38,456 nt of DNA, from the NCBI RefSeq assembly GCF_004010195.1, contig NC_057718.1, positions 92,676,540 to 92,714,995 on the forward strand, written 5' to 3'. The stretch comes from Chiloscyllium plagiosum (taxonomy: Eukaryota). Made by a program: the position numbers and the translations under genes. The notes beneath the pieces were generated by a model. That model saw nothing but the letters and a program-made list of their open reading frames with translations. It searched no databases and was not told where the DNA came from. Shown piece by piece: positions 12,265 to 24,604 of this stretch. Position 1 is the first letter of the stretch, and every line of letters begins with the position of its first letter.

Positions 12265-12799
12265 ATTAAATAAAAATGGTTTGGTGGGTCCTAACTGGAA
12301 GTGTCACACTCTCCCACATAAAAGTCCATCAGTCACAGTTTTGACTATGCATCTAATCTATCAATTACTATTTTGCAGTTCATTGCGCTAATCTAAATGT
12401 GCTGCCTCTAACATAACATCAAACTTAGACATATGACTCTTTCTTACTTCAATTGTGCCATTTACAAATATAGTGAGAAACTGAGGTCCTGGTGTAGATC
12501 CCCAGGGAGGGCCTTTAGCCACCTTTTGCCAGTTGGAATAATACCCTTTATCCGTGTTCACTACCTTTTCTGTCCTAACCCATTCACCAACTAAGCAAAA
12601 AAGTTGCTTCCAGTTTCATTCATTTACAATAGAGAAAGACGTAAGAGTACTAGAAATCCCCTGGAAGCTAAAGTTAATCAAAGATGGTGATTAACTAACA
12701 TGCATAATAGCAATAATGAAGAAAATAATGCTACTAACGAGCGATGTAGTCCCAGAATTAGACTGTTGCCAGAGCTTTAGAAGAAGTAGGAGAAAACAT

Positions 12800-13660
12800 T
12801 ATACAGAGTCATTGCGTTTTTACAGCACTGTATACAACCTTCAGTCTATTGCGTCTTCACCAGTCATCAAGAGTCTATCTATTATAATCCCATTTTACAG
12901 CTTTGTATGTTGTAACATTTCAAGTCTTCACCTAAATATTTTTAAATGTTCTTAGGATTGGGTTATGGTTAGGATTAGGTGCCCCAACCATTCTTTCAGG
13001 CAGTGAGTTCCAGACACCAACTACCCAAAGGGTGAAATACGTTTTCCACAAAACTTATCTGAATTTTCTGCTCCCGATCTCAAAACTGTGCCCCTGGTTA
13101 ATGACTGGGAAAACATTTCTCCCTGTCTATCCCTTTTTATGTCCCCCATGACTTTGTATATCTCAATTAGATTCCCTTCAATTTTCTCTGCTCTTAGGAA
13201 ATCAGCCCCAGTCAATCTCGTCTCTCTTCATAGCTGAATCACTCCATTTCAAACAACAATCTGGTGAATCTTCTTTGCACCCTCTCAAGTGCAACACATT
13301 CCCCCTATAGTATGGTGACCACGAATGTATACAGCATTCCAGCAATGACCTAACATTATATCTAGCTCTGTTATAACCAACTTACTTTTGTAATCAATAC
13401 CTTGACTAATAAAGGCAAGCATAACATACTTATTCTTAATTAACTTCTCTGCCTGTCCTGCTGCCTTTAAGGATCTCTGAGCATGCTTTCAAAGTTCCCT
13501 CTAATCCTTGATACTCCCAGGGTTCTACCAATCAATGTGTACTCCATTGCCTTGTTAATCCTCATAAAATGCATTACCTCACACTCTGTTCTGCTCATCT
13601 AACCAGCCCATTTATATTGTCCTGCATTCTAAGGCTTTCCTCCTTGCTTTTTACCACAGC
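12800..13660 (-). mobile_element. Decayed CR1 LINE 3' fragment
   Basis: acagagtcat tail; ORF 13021..13215 contains GNLIEIYKVM. Confidence 0.75.
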
Positions 13661-14945
13661 ATCATGGTGACTGAAGATGACCTGACCACAATCTTGCAAA
13701 ATGTTCTTGATTCTGGAACCACACCTAATGATTGGAAAATTGCATGTCGCCCTGTCTATATGAAGCATGGAGAATGGGGTGGTCTTGTGATGCAGTCGCC
13801 CCTGAGGTTAGAAGCTCTGGGTTCAGGTTCATGGCAGAGTCTGTTAGCTGTGGAAGGAGCATTAATTATGTGGTTCAACAGGCTGATTATCAACTCAGAA
13901 ATCCTTCCATTGCTTCCCCACTATTCCTTAAATAGGACGAAAAAGGTATGTGAAGATCTGCTTTCAAAAAAGGTAGAGGGAACCAGGAAATGCTACAATG
14001 GTTAGCCTGTTGTTGGGAAGTCATTGGACTCTAGAACTAGTGGTAGTCAGGGAATTAATGCACTGAAAACTTTCAGCTGATTAGAGAGAACCAACATGAA
14101 ATTGGAATGGGTAGTGCCTGATGAATCTGACAGAATTTTCTGAAGCGATGACTAAAGATAAAACAGGGGAATGTGTATGGATGTTATTGATATGGTCTTC
14201 CAGAACACATCTGATTTAACCTCTCATAAGCACTTGTTGGCTGAAGATGAAGCCCTGAAATTAATGATAAGTTAGTCGTGGTTAGAATATGGCTGAATGA
14301 TTAGTGTCAAGAGTGTGGTGCTGGAAAAGCACAGTATGTCAGGTAGTATCTGAGGAGCAGGAAAATCAACGTTTTGGGCAAAATCCCTTCATCAGGGCTT
14401 TTGTCCAAAACGTCGATTTTCCTGCTCCTCGGATGCTACCTGACCTGAATGGCAGCAAACCGAGTGTAAGCATTATGGCAGGTACTTGAATTGACAGAAT
14501 GTGGCTAATAGTGTCACATAAGGGTTTATGTTTATTAATGATTTTTATTAATAATTATCAGATTTATTAACAACTTAGATGATGCACATTTACCTACTTG
14601 TGACAATAACGCAAAAATAAGGTGCCATTGTAAATTGTGTAGATGAAAGCATAGGGGATATTGATTGATTAAGTGATGGATTTTAACCTAGGCTTCCACT
14701 TTACACATAAAATGGAAACAACAGGGTATTTTTTAAATGGTGTAATATTAGAAACAGTAGACGTTCAAAGGTATTTAAACAATCTAAGGTACATTATTAA
14801 AAAGGCTAGTAGAGTGCTTACCGTTATATCTAGAGGACTAGATTACAAGGGGGTCAATATTATGCTGCAGCTATTCAAAAGCCCTGTGTGTATCACACCT
14901 GGAACATTATGAGCAGTTCTAGGCACCACCTCTTAGTCAAGATAT
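13660..14945 (+). mobile_element. Old CR1 LINE ORF2 remnant interrupted by later insertions
   Basis: LTTILQNVLDSG..PNDWKIA; YFLNG.ILETVDVQR; IIKKASRVL..ISRGLDYK...IMLQLFK. Interrupted at ~13770-13960 and 14300-14444; probably continues at ~15560 and 16090. Confidence 0.7.
14300..14444. mobile_element. Penelope-like pLTR palindrome, family B, nested in CR1; 7-bp TSD
   Basis: Arms 14338-14388 / 14394-14444; TSD ctgaatg at 14293-14299 and 14445-14451; minus-strand CUGAUGA-A-GGGAUUUUGCCC-AAAACGUU (G12 mutated). Confidence 0.8.
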
Positions 14946-15695
14946 AAGGTGCAATTTAACGTAGTCCATCAAAGCAAGAACCATTGCAGTACAACCCACT
15001 TAATCATGGGCAAGAACCTTTGTCTGGCTCCTGGTGAGGTTAAACTACACCCCAATTAAATCAGACATGGAATGCCTGGCTGTGGCTAGGAAAATGAATG
15101 AGTTAACTTAAACCCCTTATGCCTGAGTCCACCCGAGTTTCGTGGTGATTGAGTGATTAAATGGGCTGCATGGCTTTCCTGAATCTCCCAAAGTCCATCC
15201 AGTGACCTCTGTTCTCTATTGAAGGACCTGGAAAACTTGGGGAGTTGCACATAAATCAACCCCCTTATGCTTATCTCTGACTCACCTGTCCACCGTGACT
15301 CCCACCAGGCTGTCTGTGTTCCCCTCTCACTCACCCACAGCTTGGGTCCCTCACTGATGCTGGGTGTCTGGTGGGTGCCATACTGACAGCAGCCTGTGAT
15401 ATTGATGGTGATGAGGAATTGCCCATGCAAGTGAGATGGTGGCCATTTAATATTGTTCCCATGGAACTTATGAGAGGATGGGTTTCCCTGTTATTTCTCC
15501 AATCACTGGCTGAGACACTCATGAGGCTGATTAAAAGTTGACCATGTTGGTCTAGGAGTAAGCATGGAGTAGATTTACCAGAATGATATTTGGTCCCTAA
15601 AGGTTACATTATGAAGAGAGACCGCACAAATTTATATATGTATTTCCTGCAATTTAAAATTTGAAGGTGTGATTCGTTGGTGTCTTTAAGAAATG

Positions 15696-15903
15696 AAGGT
15701 AAACCCTCCATAGTCTTACCAGAGCATGTGGCTGCTCCCTCATTACAAAGAGGTATCTTGGGGGCTTGGGTGGGGGGTGGGGGGGGGTTGTTGATGGTTA
15801 ATCTGAGGATCACCATGCCACAGGCAAGAGGAGAGGTTGAAAGGACAATCCTTTATGGTATCCTCAGTTGGTGAGGGAATGCACAGCACCAATCCAGCCA
15901 ACT
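15696..15903 (-). mobile_element. Old SINE-like repeat (same family as 15906 and 24450)
   Basis: Reverse complement shares gagg.taccat.aagg...cc.ttcaacctctcc...cctg.ggcatggtgatcctcag.ttaaccatc...gactatgg with the other copies. Confidence 0.6.
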
Positions 15904-15905
15904 TG

Positions 15906-16088
15906 AAATGACTGGTTTGCCAATAACAAAAGTTCAATTCCCTTTCTGGTTGAGGTTACCATGAAGGGCTCTCCTTCTCAACCTCTCCCTTTACCTGAGG
16001 TGTGGTGATACTGAGGTTGAAACCACCCTCTGTCATCTCTTTCTCTCTAATGAAAGAGTAGACCTATGAGCTTTGGGACTATGGCTTT
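15906..16088 (+). mobile_element. Old SINE-like repeat, head-to-head with the previous copy
   Basis: B-box-like gttcaattcc then gaggttaccatgaagggctctccttctcaacctctcc...gggactatgg. Confidence 0.6.
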
Positions 16089-16089
16089 G

Positions 16090-16418
16090 AAGGTACAAAT
16101 TGTATTAGGTGCATCTTTCAGGGAGTCTAAGACTGGAAGCATCAAATAAAAATTAGAAACTGACCATTCAAGAATGAAATTAGGAAATACTTCTGGCCAG
16201 GTTTGAAACTCTTTTCCACAAAAGGAAAATAATTCTCTGTCATTTGTAAATTTTAATTCTGATATTGATAGATTTTTAAAAAATCAAATGTATGGAAGAA
16301 TATGAGGCAAAAGTGTGTATTTGAAGATGGACTGCAGATCAGCAATAATCTCATTGAATGGCAGAGCAAGCTTGAGAGGCTAAATGATCTACTCTTATTC
16401 CTGTATTCCTATGTTCTT
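16090..16418 (+). mobile_element. Old CR1 LINE 3' end
   Basis: gatcagc..taatctcattgaatggcagagcaagcttgaga..ctaaatg..ctactc...cctatgttctt, same tail type as 34548. Confidence 0.7.
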
Positions 16419-17339
16419 TAATTCCATGTGCATTTGCTTTAGCCAATAATTGCTTCTAGGAGGCCTTAGTGAGAGCTCAATATGACTCCTTGTAAGTAGC
16501 ATTCATAGATGTCCCCATACCTACCACATTAGTGACCACCTCCAAAAATGTGGTTAGTTTGATATGACTTGCCTTAGCAGATTTATTTATTATAATGTCT
16601 CTGATTTTGCATTCAGCTACTTCAGGATATAACCCCACTCATTTTCTTATTTCTTTCTCTTTAGTAACAGCAAAGCAAAGCATCTGTAAGTACCCCAATA
16701 AATATCCACTTAATCTCTCTCTCAAAGTCCTGTGCTCTCAGAGATTCCATCGAATATTGAACAAGTTCCTTCTCGTTGATATATTTCTGGTATACTTTTT
16801 CATTCTTGTTGATCAACCAACTAAACAAAGTGCAAAGCCTGATTTGCACGGCTTGGAGGCAAGCTGCCATTTACTTTTACTACATGGGCCACATTGGACG
16901 GAGATTTCTAGATTTTGTCCATGACTGAACTATGGAACCAGTTGCAGGTCAGGAACCTGTCTGACTAAAGAGTGGGCTTTGTAGTGTCCTCTCCCCTGAG
17001 CCACAATAGTTGTACCTGTCACCATTTCTCCCCCAGGTCATGGGCTGTGGGTAGGATGTCACCCCAGTTTTAATGAAAGGAAACAGCAAAGCACTCTTAG
17101 ATTGTTGAGCCTGCAGGAACCTTAGGAATTGAGAGGATACCTGGGAAAGCTACTCTCATGAGGGTCTCACTTATCTGAAAGTCGTGTTGGGGAATCAAAG
17201 AGGACGCAGGGAGGTTAGCTCTCCAAAGGACCCGAGAAAGGCTTGATCTCTCTAACCTATTCGGCGTGGATGAAAGTAACTGAGGAACTCAGCAGAAGTA
17301 TGGTCTCTCCAACCTGGAGATACCTGATCAAGTGTTAAA

Positions 17340-17840
17340 TGGCATTGTTAACTCTCCTGTTAACTGGGGTTCTATCCATCTATTAAATCAGCCGTCATTG
17401 CCACTCCCCTCAAAAACCCTACCCATAAATCCACGACCCTGGTGAATTATCATCTCATTTCCATTTTCACTTTTTTCTCCAAATTTCTCGAATGTATTAT
17501 TGCCTCCCAAATTCTGGCCCTCCAGTCTGATCGCTGTTCTTGACTCAGTCCTGAAACAGCTTCTGTTTCAAAGACAAGTTAACATGCTCCATAGATCTGA
17601 CAAAGGCAAACTTTCCTTTCTTGTCCTTGTCGATGTGTCTATAGTCTTCAGTACATTTGTTCAAGCAAAGACTCTTGGCTGTTATTCAGAGATTATGTTT
17701 AGCTGGTCCCATTCGAATCTGTCGAATTGTAGCTTGAGAATTACCATTGATGGTCTCTCATCCTGTTTTTGCACATTTAACCTGATGTCCTCTAAGGATC
17801 TATCCTCGCCCCCATCCTATTTCACAGCCACATGCTGCCA
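17340..17840 (+). mobile_element. Decayed L2 LINE reverse transcriptase fragment
   Basis: Degenerate KP..DP..NY..IS..FFSKFLE.IIASQ; DKGKLSFLVLVDVS..F; V..GSIL.P.LF. Confidence 0.7.
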
Positions 17841-17859
17841 CTGGTTGCAGTAGGGAGTG

Positions 17860-18326
17860 TGCAAAGGACATTCACCCACACCTTCCCTGGGCTGGAGCGA
17901 TTCAGCTGTGAAGAGAGATCGGATAGGGTAGAGCAGAGAAGGCTGGTGAGGGGGTGGTGGTGGATCTGACTAAGGAATACAAAGAGAGGCACAAACAGGT
18001 AGATAGGGAGAACCATCATTTCCCCTTTGTCGAGGATCAATAGCCAAGGGGTACAGTTTTAAGGTAAGGTGCAAAATATTTAGACGGGATTTGAGAAAGA
18101 CTTTCTTCACCCAGAAGGTTATGGGCCATTGCCTGATAGAGTGGAAGAGGTGGGAGCCTTCAAGACTGTTAGTAACTAGTTAGATAAGTACTGAAAATGC
18201 CATGGCATACAAGACTATGGACCAAGTGCTGGAAAACGGGATTAGAATAAGTGATTGTTTGACAACTGGTGTGGACATAATGTACTAAACCGTCTCATTC
18301 TATGCTGTAAAATCTCTATGACTCTA
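17860..18326 (+). mobile_element. Decayed CR1 LINE 3' fragment
   Basis: ttcttcacccaga motif and ctctatgactctat tail. Confidence 0.8.
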
Positions 18327-18574
18327 TCCAGTTTGTCACTTTCACTTTATTCTGAATCAACCTATTTGGATATGTAATTAGACAAGAGACTTGAACCCAG
18401 ACCTACTGGCCCAGATATTACCACAGTGCCACAAGAGTCCATTTTCTCAAGTAAAGCAGCACCTATCATCTATCCTCCCTTCCCCCTCACATGTTACTTA
18501 CGTGATATTATAACACATTCCAAGAAGAGGCATCCTCTGGTGTTATCACACTGTGTAGGGCAATGCAAAATCTT

Positions 18575-19290
18575 ACAGAGTCATGGAAGCATGCAGCACG
18601 GAAACAGGCTCTTTGGCCCAGCTTGTCCATGCCAACCAGGTCTCCTAAATTGAACTAGTTCCATTTGCCTCTGTTTGGCCCATGTGCCTCTAAACCCTTC
18701 CCATGGTTAGACAAAATGTATGTCCAAATGTTTTTTTAAATGTTTTAATTGTACCACTTCTGCCAACTCGATCCATACCACCCACTATGTGAAAAAATTG
18801 CTCTTCAGGTCCCTTTTAAACCTTTTCCCTTTCAGTTAAACCTTTGCAGTCTAGTTTTGGACTCCCTTACCCTGAGGAAAATACCTTGGCTATTCACCTT
18901 ATCTATGCCCCTCATGATTTTAAAAACCTTTATAAGGTTACCCCTCAGCCTCCTACATGTCAGAGAAAATAGTCCCAACCTAACCAGCCTCTCCTTATAA
19001 CTGAAGTCTTCAAGTCTTGGTTATACCCTTGTAAATCTTCATTGCACCCTTTCCAGTTTAATAACGTCCTTCCTATAGCCAGTTGACCAGAATTGTATGC
19101 AGTACTCCAAATGTGGCCTTACTAATGTCTTCTATAGCTATAACATGATGTCCCAACTCCTGTACTCATGCTCTGACTGATGAAGGTAAGTGTGCCAAAT
19201 AACGTCTTCACCACCCTGTCTCCCTGTGATGCCATTTTCAAAGAACTACATACCTGCACTCCTGGGTGCCTCTGTTCAACAATACTAGCA
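18575..19290 (-). mobile_element. CR1 LINE 3' fragment
   Basis: acagagtcat tail; reverse frame reads [14 protein letters not shown] and LRGNLIKVFKIMRGIDKVN. Confidence 0.85.
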
Positions 19291-19789
19291 ATCCTCATGA
19301 TTATAGGTAGTTTTGATCAAATTGTTCAGAGATGTTTTGATGCACTTCTGGACCAAATGGGACTTATATCTAGGCCTCCTTGCCTCGAGGTAGGTTCAGT
19401 ACCACAACTGCCCTAAGCCTGTCCTGCTGTACACTTGCCTTGGTGACCTTTGCAGTTTGCTGACAAGACATGTAATAGGTATCCTATGTAATCTGAAATA
19501 TTACTCAACTGGCTTTTTAAGTACTTACATTTATTTCCTGACAAATCAACAGGATATTCCCCACTTGCCTTCAGTTGTGCCCCCAGTGATATGGGATATG
19601 ATGATAGGGAAAATTTAAACAATTAGCTCTGATTCTCATTCTGGGCTAGATTTTCAATGCTCTAGAGAGCAGAATAGTATTTTAATTGGTGGATATTTTA
19701 CTCTACTGCATGTGCAGTCTTTACCTTTCTATAGAGTCTTTTACTTGACAGCTTACCAATGATCAGAATTCAGAGTTGGAATGTGGCAG

Positions 19790-19900
19790 TTCCAACAAAT
19801 GGTTGAGCTGAAATATTAACTATTTCCCTTTCCACAGATGCTTTCAGACCTGTTGAGTATTTCTGGAATTTTGTATCTTTATTTCAGATTTCCGACCTTC
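19790..19900 (+). mobile_element. Old Penelope-like pLTR remnant related to family B
   Basis: cacagatgctttcagacctgttgagtatttctgg...tttcagatttcc resembles family B gatgctgcctgacctgctg..ttttccagc...gatttccagc; ribozyme core eroded. Similar minus-strand remnants at ~25945-26005 and ~27815-27890. Confidence 0.45.
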
Positions 19901-20109
19901 ACTTTATTCTACTTTTGTATTAACTTCTAAAAATGTGATGCATTGCTTGAAGTGAATTTGTAGTTTTAAGTATATTTACATTCAATAATAGGATATATTG
20001 TGTGGTGAGCCTTGCGTGGCGGTCTTTGAATGTCCAATGGTGAGGAATCATTTTCATTCCAATCAAATTGCAGCACTACACCTTCCTTACAGACGATCAG
20101 ATAGGAGAT

Positions 20110-20665
20110 ACTAAGCTTTTTGACCAATAAAGAAAAGCATACCAAATGACTTCTTCACTATCCTATCTACCTGCGACTCTACTTTCAAGGAGCTATGAAC
20201 CTGCACTCCAAGGTCTCTTTGTTCAGCAACATGCCCTAGGACCTTACCATTAAGTGTATAAGTCCTGCTAAGATTTGCTTTCCCAAAATGCAACACCTCA
20301 CATTTATCTAAATTAAACGCCATCTGCCACTCCTCAGCCCATTGGGCCCATCTGATCAAGATCCCAGTTGTAACCTTCTTTGCTGTCCACAATTTTTTGG
20401 TGTCATTTGCAAACTTACTAAGTCCTCTTATGCTCACATCCAAATCAGTTGTATAAATAATGAAAAGTCGTGGACCCAGCACTGATCCTTGTGGCACTCC
20501 ACTGGTCAGTGGCCTCCAGTCTGAAAAACAACTCTTCACCATTACCCTTTGTCTTCTACCTTTGAGCCAATTCTGTATCCAAATGGCTAGTTCTCCCTGT
20601 ATTCCTGCGATCTAACCTTGCTAACCAATTTCCCATGGGGAACTTTGTCGAATGCCTTACTGAAA
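20110..20665 (-). mobile_element. CR1 LINE reverse transcriptase fragment
   Basis: SDWRPLTSGVPQGSVLGP.LF.IY, SKFANDTK, WQM.FN.DKCEVLHFG, QRDLGV.V. Confidence 0.92.
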
Positions 20666-21819
20666 TCATACACTCTAAAAGGTAATTCAGAACATTTCTT
20701 TGCATTTATTTTATGTACATTAAATTACATGTACTTTTCAGGTCTGCTGCTATAACACAGTTTCCTTAGCCGGGAGGGTGAACTACTTTGGTCAGAGGAT
20801 GGCGACATGGACATAGATACAACTGTTCTGGTAGAGGGTGTAATTTGTGAAACAAGAATGACCTTACTGGATTTCCTCCTTTTAATTCCTTGAAACAATG
20901 ATTGGTTATCCACTAACATACAATGCTTCAATAAATTTCTTCGCCAAGAATAAGTATAACTTATGCCCTCATGGTCACTGTAATCAAATGTCAATCAGAT
21001 CCTTTAGTTAGAAGCACAATGATCAATTTCTGCTCATATTTCCATCCCATCCATGATGCTTAATATTCAATTAAAAATCCATTATTCCCCATATAAGAGA
21101 CCGAGCATCTCAAGTACTTTCCCTTTTTGCAACATTATTGTAAATTTACATCAGCTCCAAATGGATAGTTGCTTCAATGGAAAGTTAATTGTTGATGATT
21201 AATTTCTGCTGTGGCACTTCAGATGGAAATATAACTAGCTCACATTTGAGTTGGTGTAAGCTATCCTGATTGAGTTCCCCATCTGTCAATTTCAACAGAA
21301 TTTAAAAAAATATTTTTGGTAACAGTGAGATCAGCATGGATGGTGGTTTGGATAAGTTACTGAGTCAAACAATGTGAAGAACTAAATTATCTTCGAGATT
21401 CACTTAGTCAACGTGCATCATTGATACTTTGCCATTTGAATTGTTCATGTTAAATTAGGCCTTTAGTGTTGCTTAGCCAATTTCCTTAATGGTGTCATCA
21501 GCTGTCACTGTATAAGCACACAGTAAATGCGAAAGGTGAGAATTAATCATCATTTTTCAAAGTATTTTATCTTTAAAAGGGCACTGGTGATGATACTTCC
21601 TTTTTGTGCTTGCATTTTGTCAGCTGCAATCATATTAACTCCACTGGCAATGAAGCCATTTGAGAATAGTGTTATTAAATGAGCAGGGAAAATAAGAACA
21701 TAAATTAAAGCAAGCTTAAACAACAGTATTAATCTATCTTGAAGGAACATTGCTGTTAGTGATAACAAAATATATGCTCTTCATATATGCATTGACAATT
21801 TATTTATAACTATTGATTC

Positions 21820-22482
21820 CATCCCTATCCCTGGAAACAAGCTGCCATTGAGTCAGTTTGCTTACAACCATGATTTAACATTTAATCCTAAAATGAGTTT
21901 CCAATCTATTATTTACCCCATCATTCAGACTGCTGATTTCCATCTCAGTAATATAATTTGAGTTCGTTCCTCTCTCAGCTCATCTACCGCTGAAATCTTC
22001 ATCTGTGCCTTTATTTTCCTTAGACTTGATTATTGCATTGCCCTCGTGACTGGTAACCCAAAATCTATACTCCACAAACTTGAGGTCAACCAAAACTCTT
22101 CTGTCCAGCAGCTCTATGCCCCCTATGCTAGCTGACCTACATTGACTCCAAGTCAAGCAAAACCTTGATTTTAAAATTCTCATCCTTGCTTCCAGATTTC
22201 CTCCAGGCTTACCTCTTTCTATCATTATATTCTCCTCTGACCCCAAAACCCACCAAAAAAGCTATGATTCTGTAATTCTATGCTCTGTGATTATTTCACC
22301 ATTGATTCTTAAATCTTTAGTTGCTTAGGTCTTAAGTTCTGGAATTCCCTACCCCAAAGTTTTTGCTCAATTGACTTGGAAATATCCTACGTTAGTCAGT
22401 GTTTGATTTATAAGGTTCTTGTGAAGTGTCTTTGGGTGTTTCATTAGGTTAAAGATGCTAATAAATACAAGTTGTTTTTGTT
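21820..22482 (+). mobile_element. Decayed L2 LINE 3' fragment
   Basis: FHL.NI..VR..LS...AE..I.AF...RLDYC.AL..G and LHWL.V.Q..DFKILIL; tail aaatacaagttgtttttgtt. Confidence 0.8.
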
Positions 22483-22734
22483 ATAAACAGCATTAAATAT
22501 TCACTTGGGTACAGAAATTTTGGTCGCTCCATAATTGGTCAGACTGTTGAGGTAATTGACTTTGCTGTTGAGTGTATGACATCATGATAGTACAATCTAA
22601 GTGTGTAACTGCAGAGCTCCTTGCCAGCTGTTTCGGATGCTACATTTTGCACATATTCTCGTGTTCATTTCACCAATCATTTAGGAGATGGAGTGAGAAA
22701 TGTTTGGTGAAATGAAATAAGGTATGGACTGCTT

Positions 22735-23125
22735 TTTATTCGCATCGCTGGTTAGGCCAGTATTTATTACACATCTCTAATTGCCCTGGAGAAGGCACTG
22801 ATGAACTGCCTTCTAGAAATGCTGAAACCCTTGGGGTTTATGGACACTCACTGAGATGTTAGGAAGAGTGTTACAAGAATTTTACATGGTGACACTGAAG
22901 GAATAGTGTTATAGTTTCAAGTCAGGATGGTGTGTGTGGATTAGAGGGGATTTTGTGGGTGGTTCCCATGAACCTGCTGCCTTTTCCCTTCTATATAGTA
23001 GTGGTTGTGTTTTGGTGGTTGCTGTCGAAGGAGTCTTGGTGAGTTATGGCAGTGCAACTTGTAGAAGATACACACGACCACTACTGTGTGTTGGTGGTAA
23101 AGAGGGTGAACGTTGAGGGTGGGGT
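22735..23125 (-). mobile_element. Decayed non-LTR retrotransposon (CR1/L2 group) 3' fragment
   Basis: Reverse strand resembles HSL.HQ..V..VC..YK.HC.NSPRLLRQ and SF.V...K..N.LP; family assignment uncertain. Confidence 0.55.
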
Positions 23126-23373
23126 AGATATTTCACAGGCAGCAAGTTGAGATTTAGAGAAATAGTCAATTTCAATTCCTAAGCACTTGGTTAAATTAAT
23201 CTTACTTTTCTCCTCAACATAATGGGACAAAGAAGAACCCTGGAATTGCTTGCTTTTGACTTGGGCTGTCTTTCCTGTTGTTGATATGTCTTTGACCTTA
23301 GACAACTTGTATTAATCGCAAGTCTTGGTTTCCTGCACCTTTTGGCTTCAACATAAGAACCATCCTTTATTCT

Positions 23374-23420
23374 TGATTTGGAGATGCCGGTGTTGGACCG
23401 GGGTGTTGGACTGGGGTACT
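23374..23420 (-). mobile_element. 47-bp family A tail-only insertion with 12-bp TSD
   Basis: tgatttggagatgccggtgttggac matches the end of the 23719 copy; TSD atcctttattct at 23362-23373 and 23421-23432; internal repeat ggtgttggacYgggg twice. Confidence 0.85.
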
Positions 23421-23718
23421 ATCCTTTATTCTAACTGCCTTATAACCATGGGCTTTCCCTTCCTTTCTCTTAATTCTGACCCCAAGTGGATAGCAGCTCG
23501 ACACCTTGCTGTGCAGAAATTCACCAGTAGGCTATCAAATAAATTGACTACTACCTCTCTAAGGGTTGTATTCTCCACACACATCTCATGCTGTGCTCGC
23601 ATGAATAGAATTGTCTTCACTACAATGGGTGTGAATGGCACCTAAGTGTAATGAGATGACATCCCTGGTTATCCTCGCTACAGTGTTTGGGGTGAGTCTG
23701 TAGATCATCATTGTTTTA

Positions 23719-23925
23719 TGATTTGGAGATGCCGGTGTTGGACTGGGGTGTACAAAGTTAAAAATCACACAACACCAGGTTATAGTCCAACAGGTTTAAT
23801 TGGAAGCACACTTGCCTTTGGAGCACTGCTCCTTCATCAGGTGATAGGAAGGAGCGTCGCTCTGAAAGCTGGTGTGCTTCCAATTAAACCTGTTGGACTA
23901 TAACCTGGTGTTGTGTGATTTTTAA
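23719..23925. mobile_element. Penelope-like pLTR palindrome, family A, with hammerhead remnants; ~13-bp TSD
   Basis: Perfect 55-bp inverted arms 23757-23811 / 23872-23926; TSD catcattgtttta (23706-23718) vs catcatcgcttta (23926-23938); minus-strand CAC-CUGAUGA-A-GGAGC-AGU-GCUCC-AAAG (mutated GAAA). Confidence 0.85.
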
Positions 23926-24449
23926 CATCATCGCTTTAGTTTGAAATGAATTGAGTGAGTGATGTCCTGTAATACACATTCACCAAGCTGCAGCTCAAAG
24001 CCTTTCTCTTTATATCTATAAAGATTCACTTCGCTTGAATACACAATCCTTCCATGTAACTCAATCCTAAATTCTTTCCATAAAAGATATATTTGAAATT
24101 TTAAAAATGACAATAATAACAATGGAAATTTTTACCCCTTGCCCTGTTAATTTTACATCTGCCATGTAGTTTTATTATTGACAGGAGTAGGGGTGAAAGC
24201 AATGCTGTACATACTGTTGGTACTCAATGTTGTCTGTGCAAGGCAGAATTTATTCCACACGTGTCAGTGTTCTTATTATTACTGGCATTGTAATATTCGG
24301 TTAACCCTAATATACAATGCCTCTGGTTTGCTATTGTTTGAAGTGGAAACACTGAAATATTACTTAAATAGCAACTAAAGAAAACAAGCAGAGATTTGGT
24401 AAAGCATTTATAATCAGTTTTTTTTCTTGACTATTGTGGAGTAGTGCTA

Positions 24450-24600
24450 AAAGTGTGGCTCAATTCCTGCACCAGCTGATGTTACCATGAAGAATTCTTC
24501 TCAACTTCTTCCCCCAGTAGAGGCATGGTGACCCTCAAGTTACACCACCATCCGTTGTCTCTCTCTAATGAGAGACCAGTTCTGTGGTGATTTTACCTCT
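24450..24600 (+). mobile_element. Old SINE-like repeat (family of 15696/15906)
   Basis: gttaccatgaaga..tcttctcaac...gaggcatggtgaccctcaagttacaccacc...tctctctctaatgagaga. Confidence 0.6.
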
Positions 24601-24604
24601 TTGA

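Noticed and set aside
13776..13784. GLI-like site GGGGTGGTC (relevant to Shh-regulated NK2 genes)
   Set aside because: One mismatch to consensus and lies inside decayed repeat sequence.
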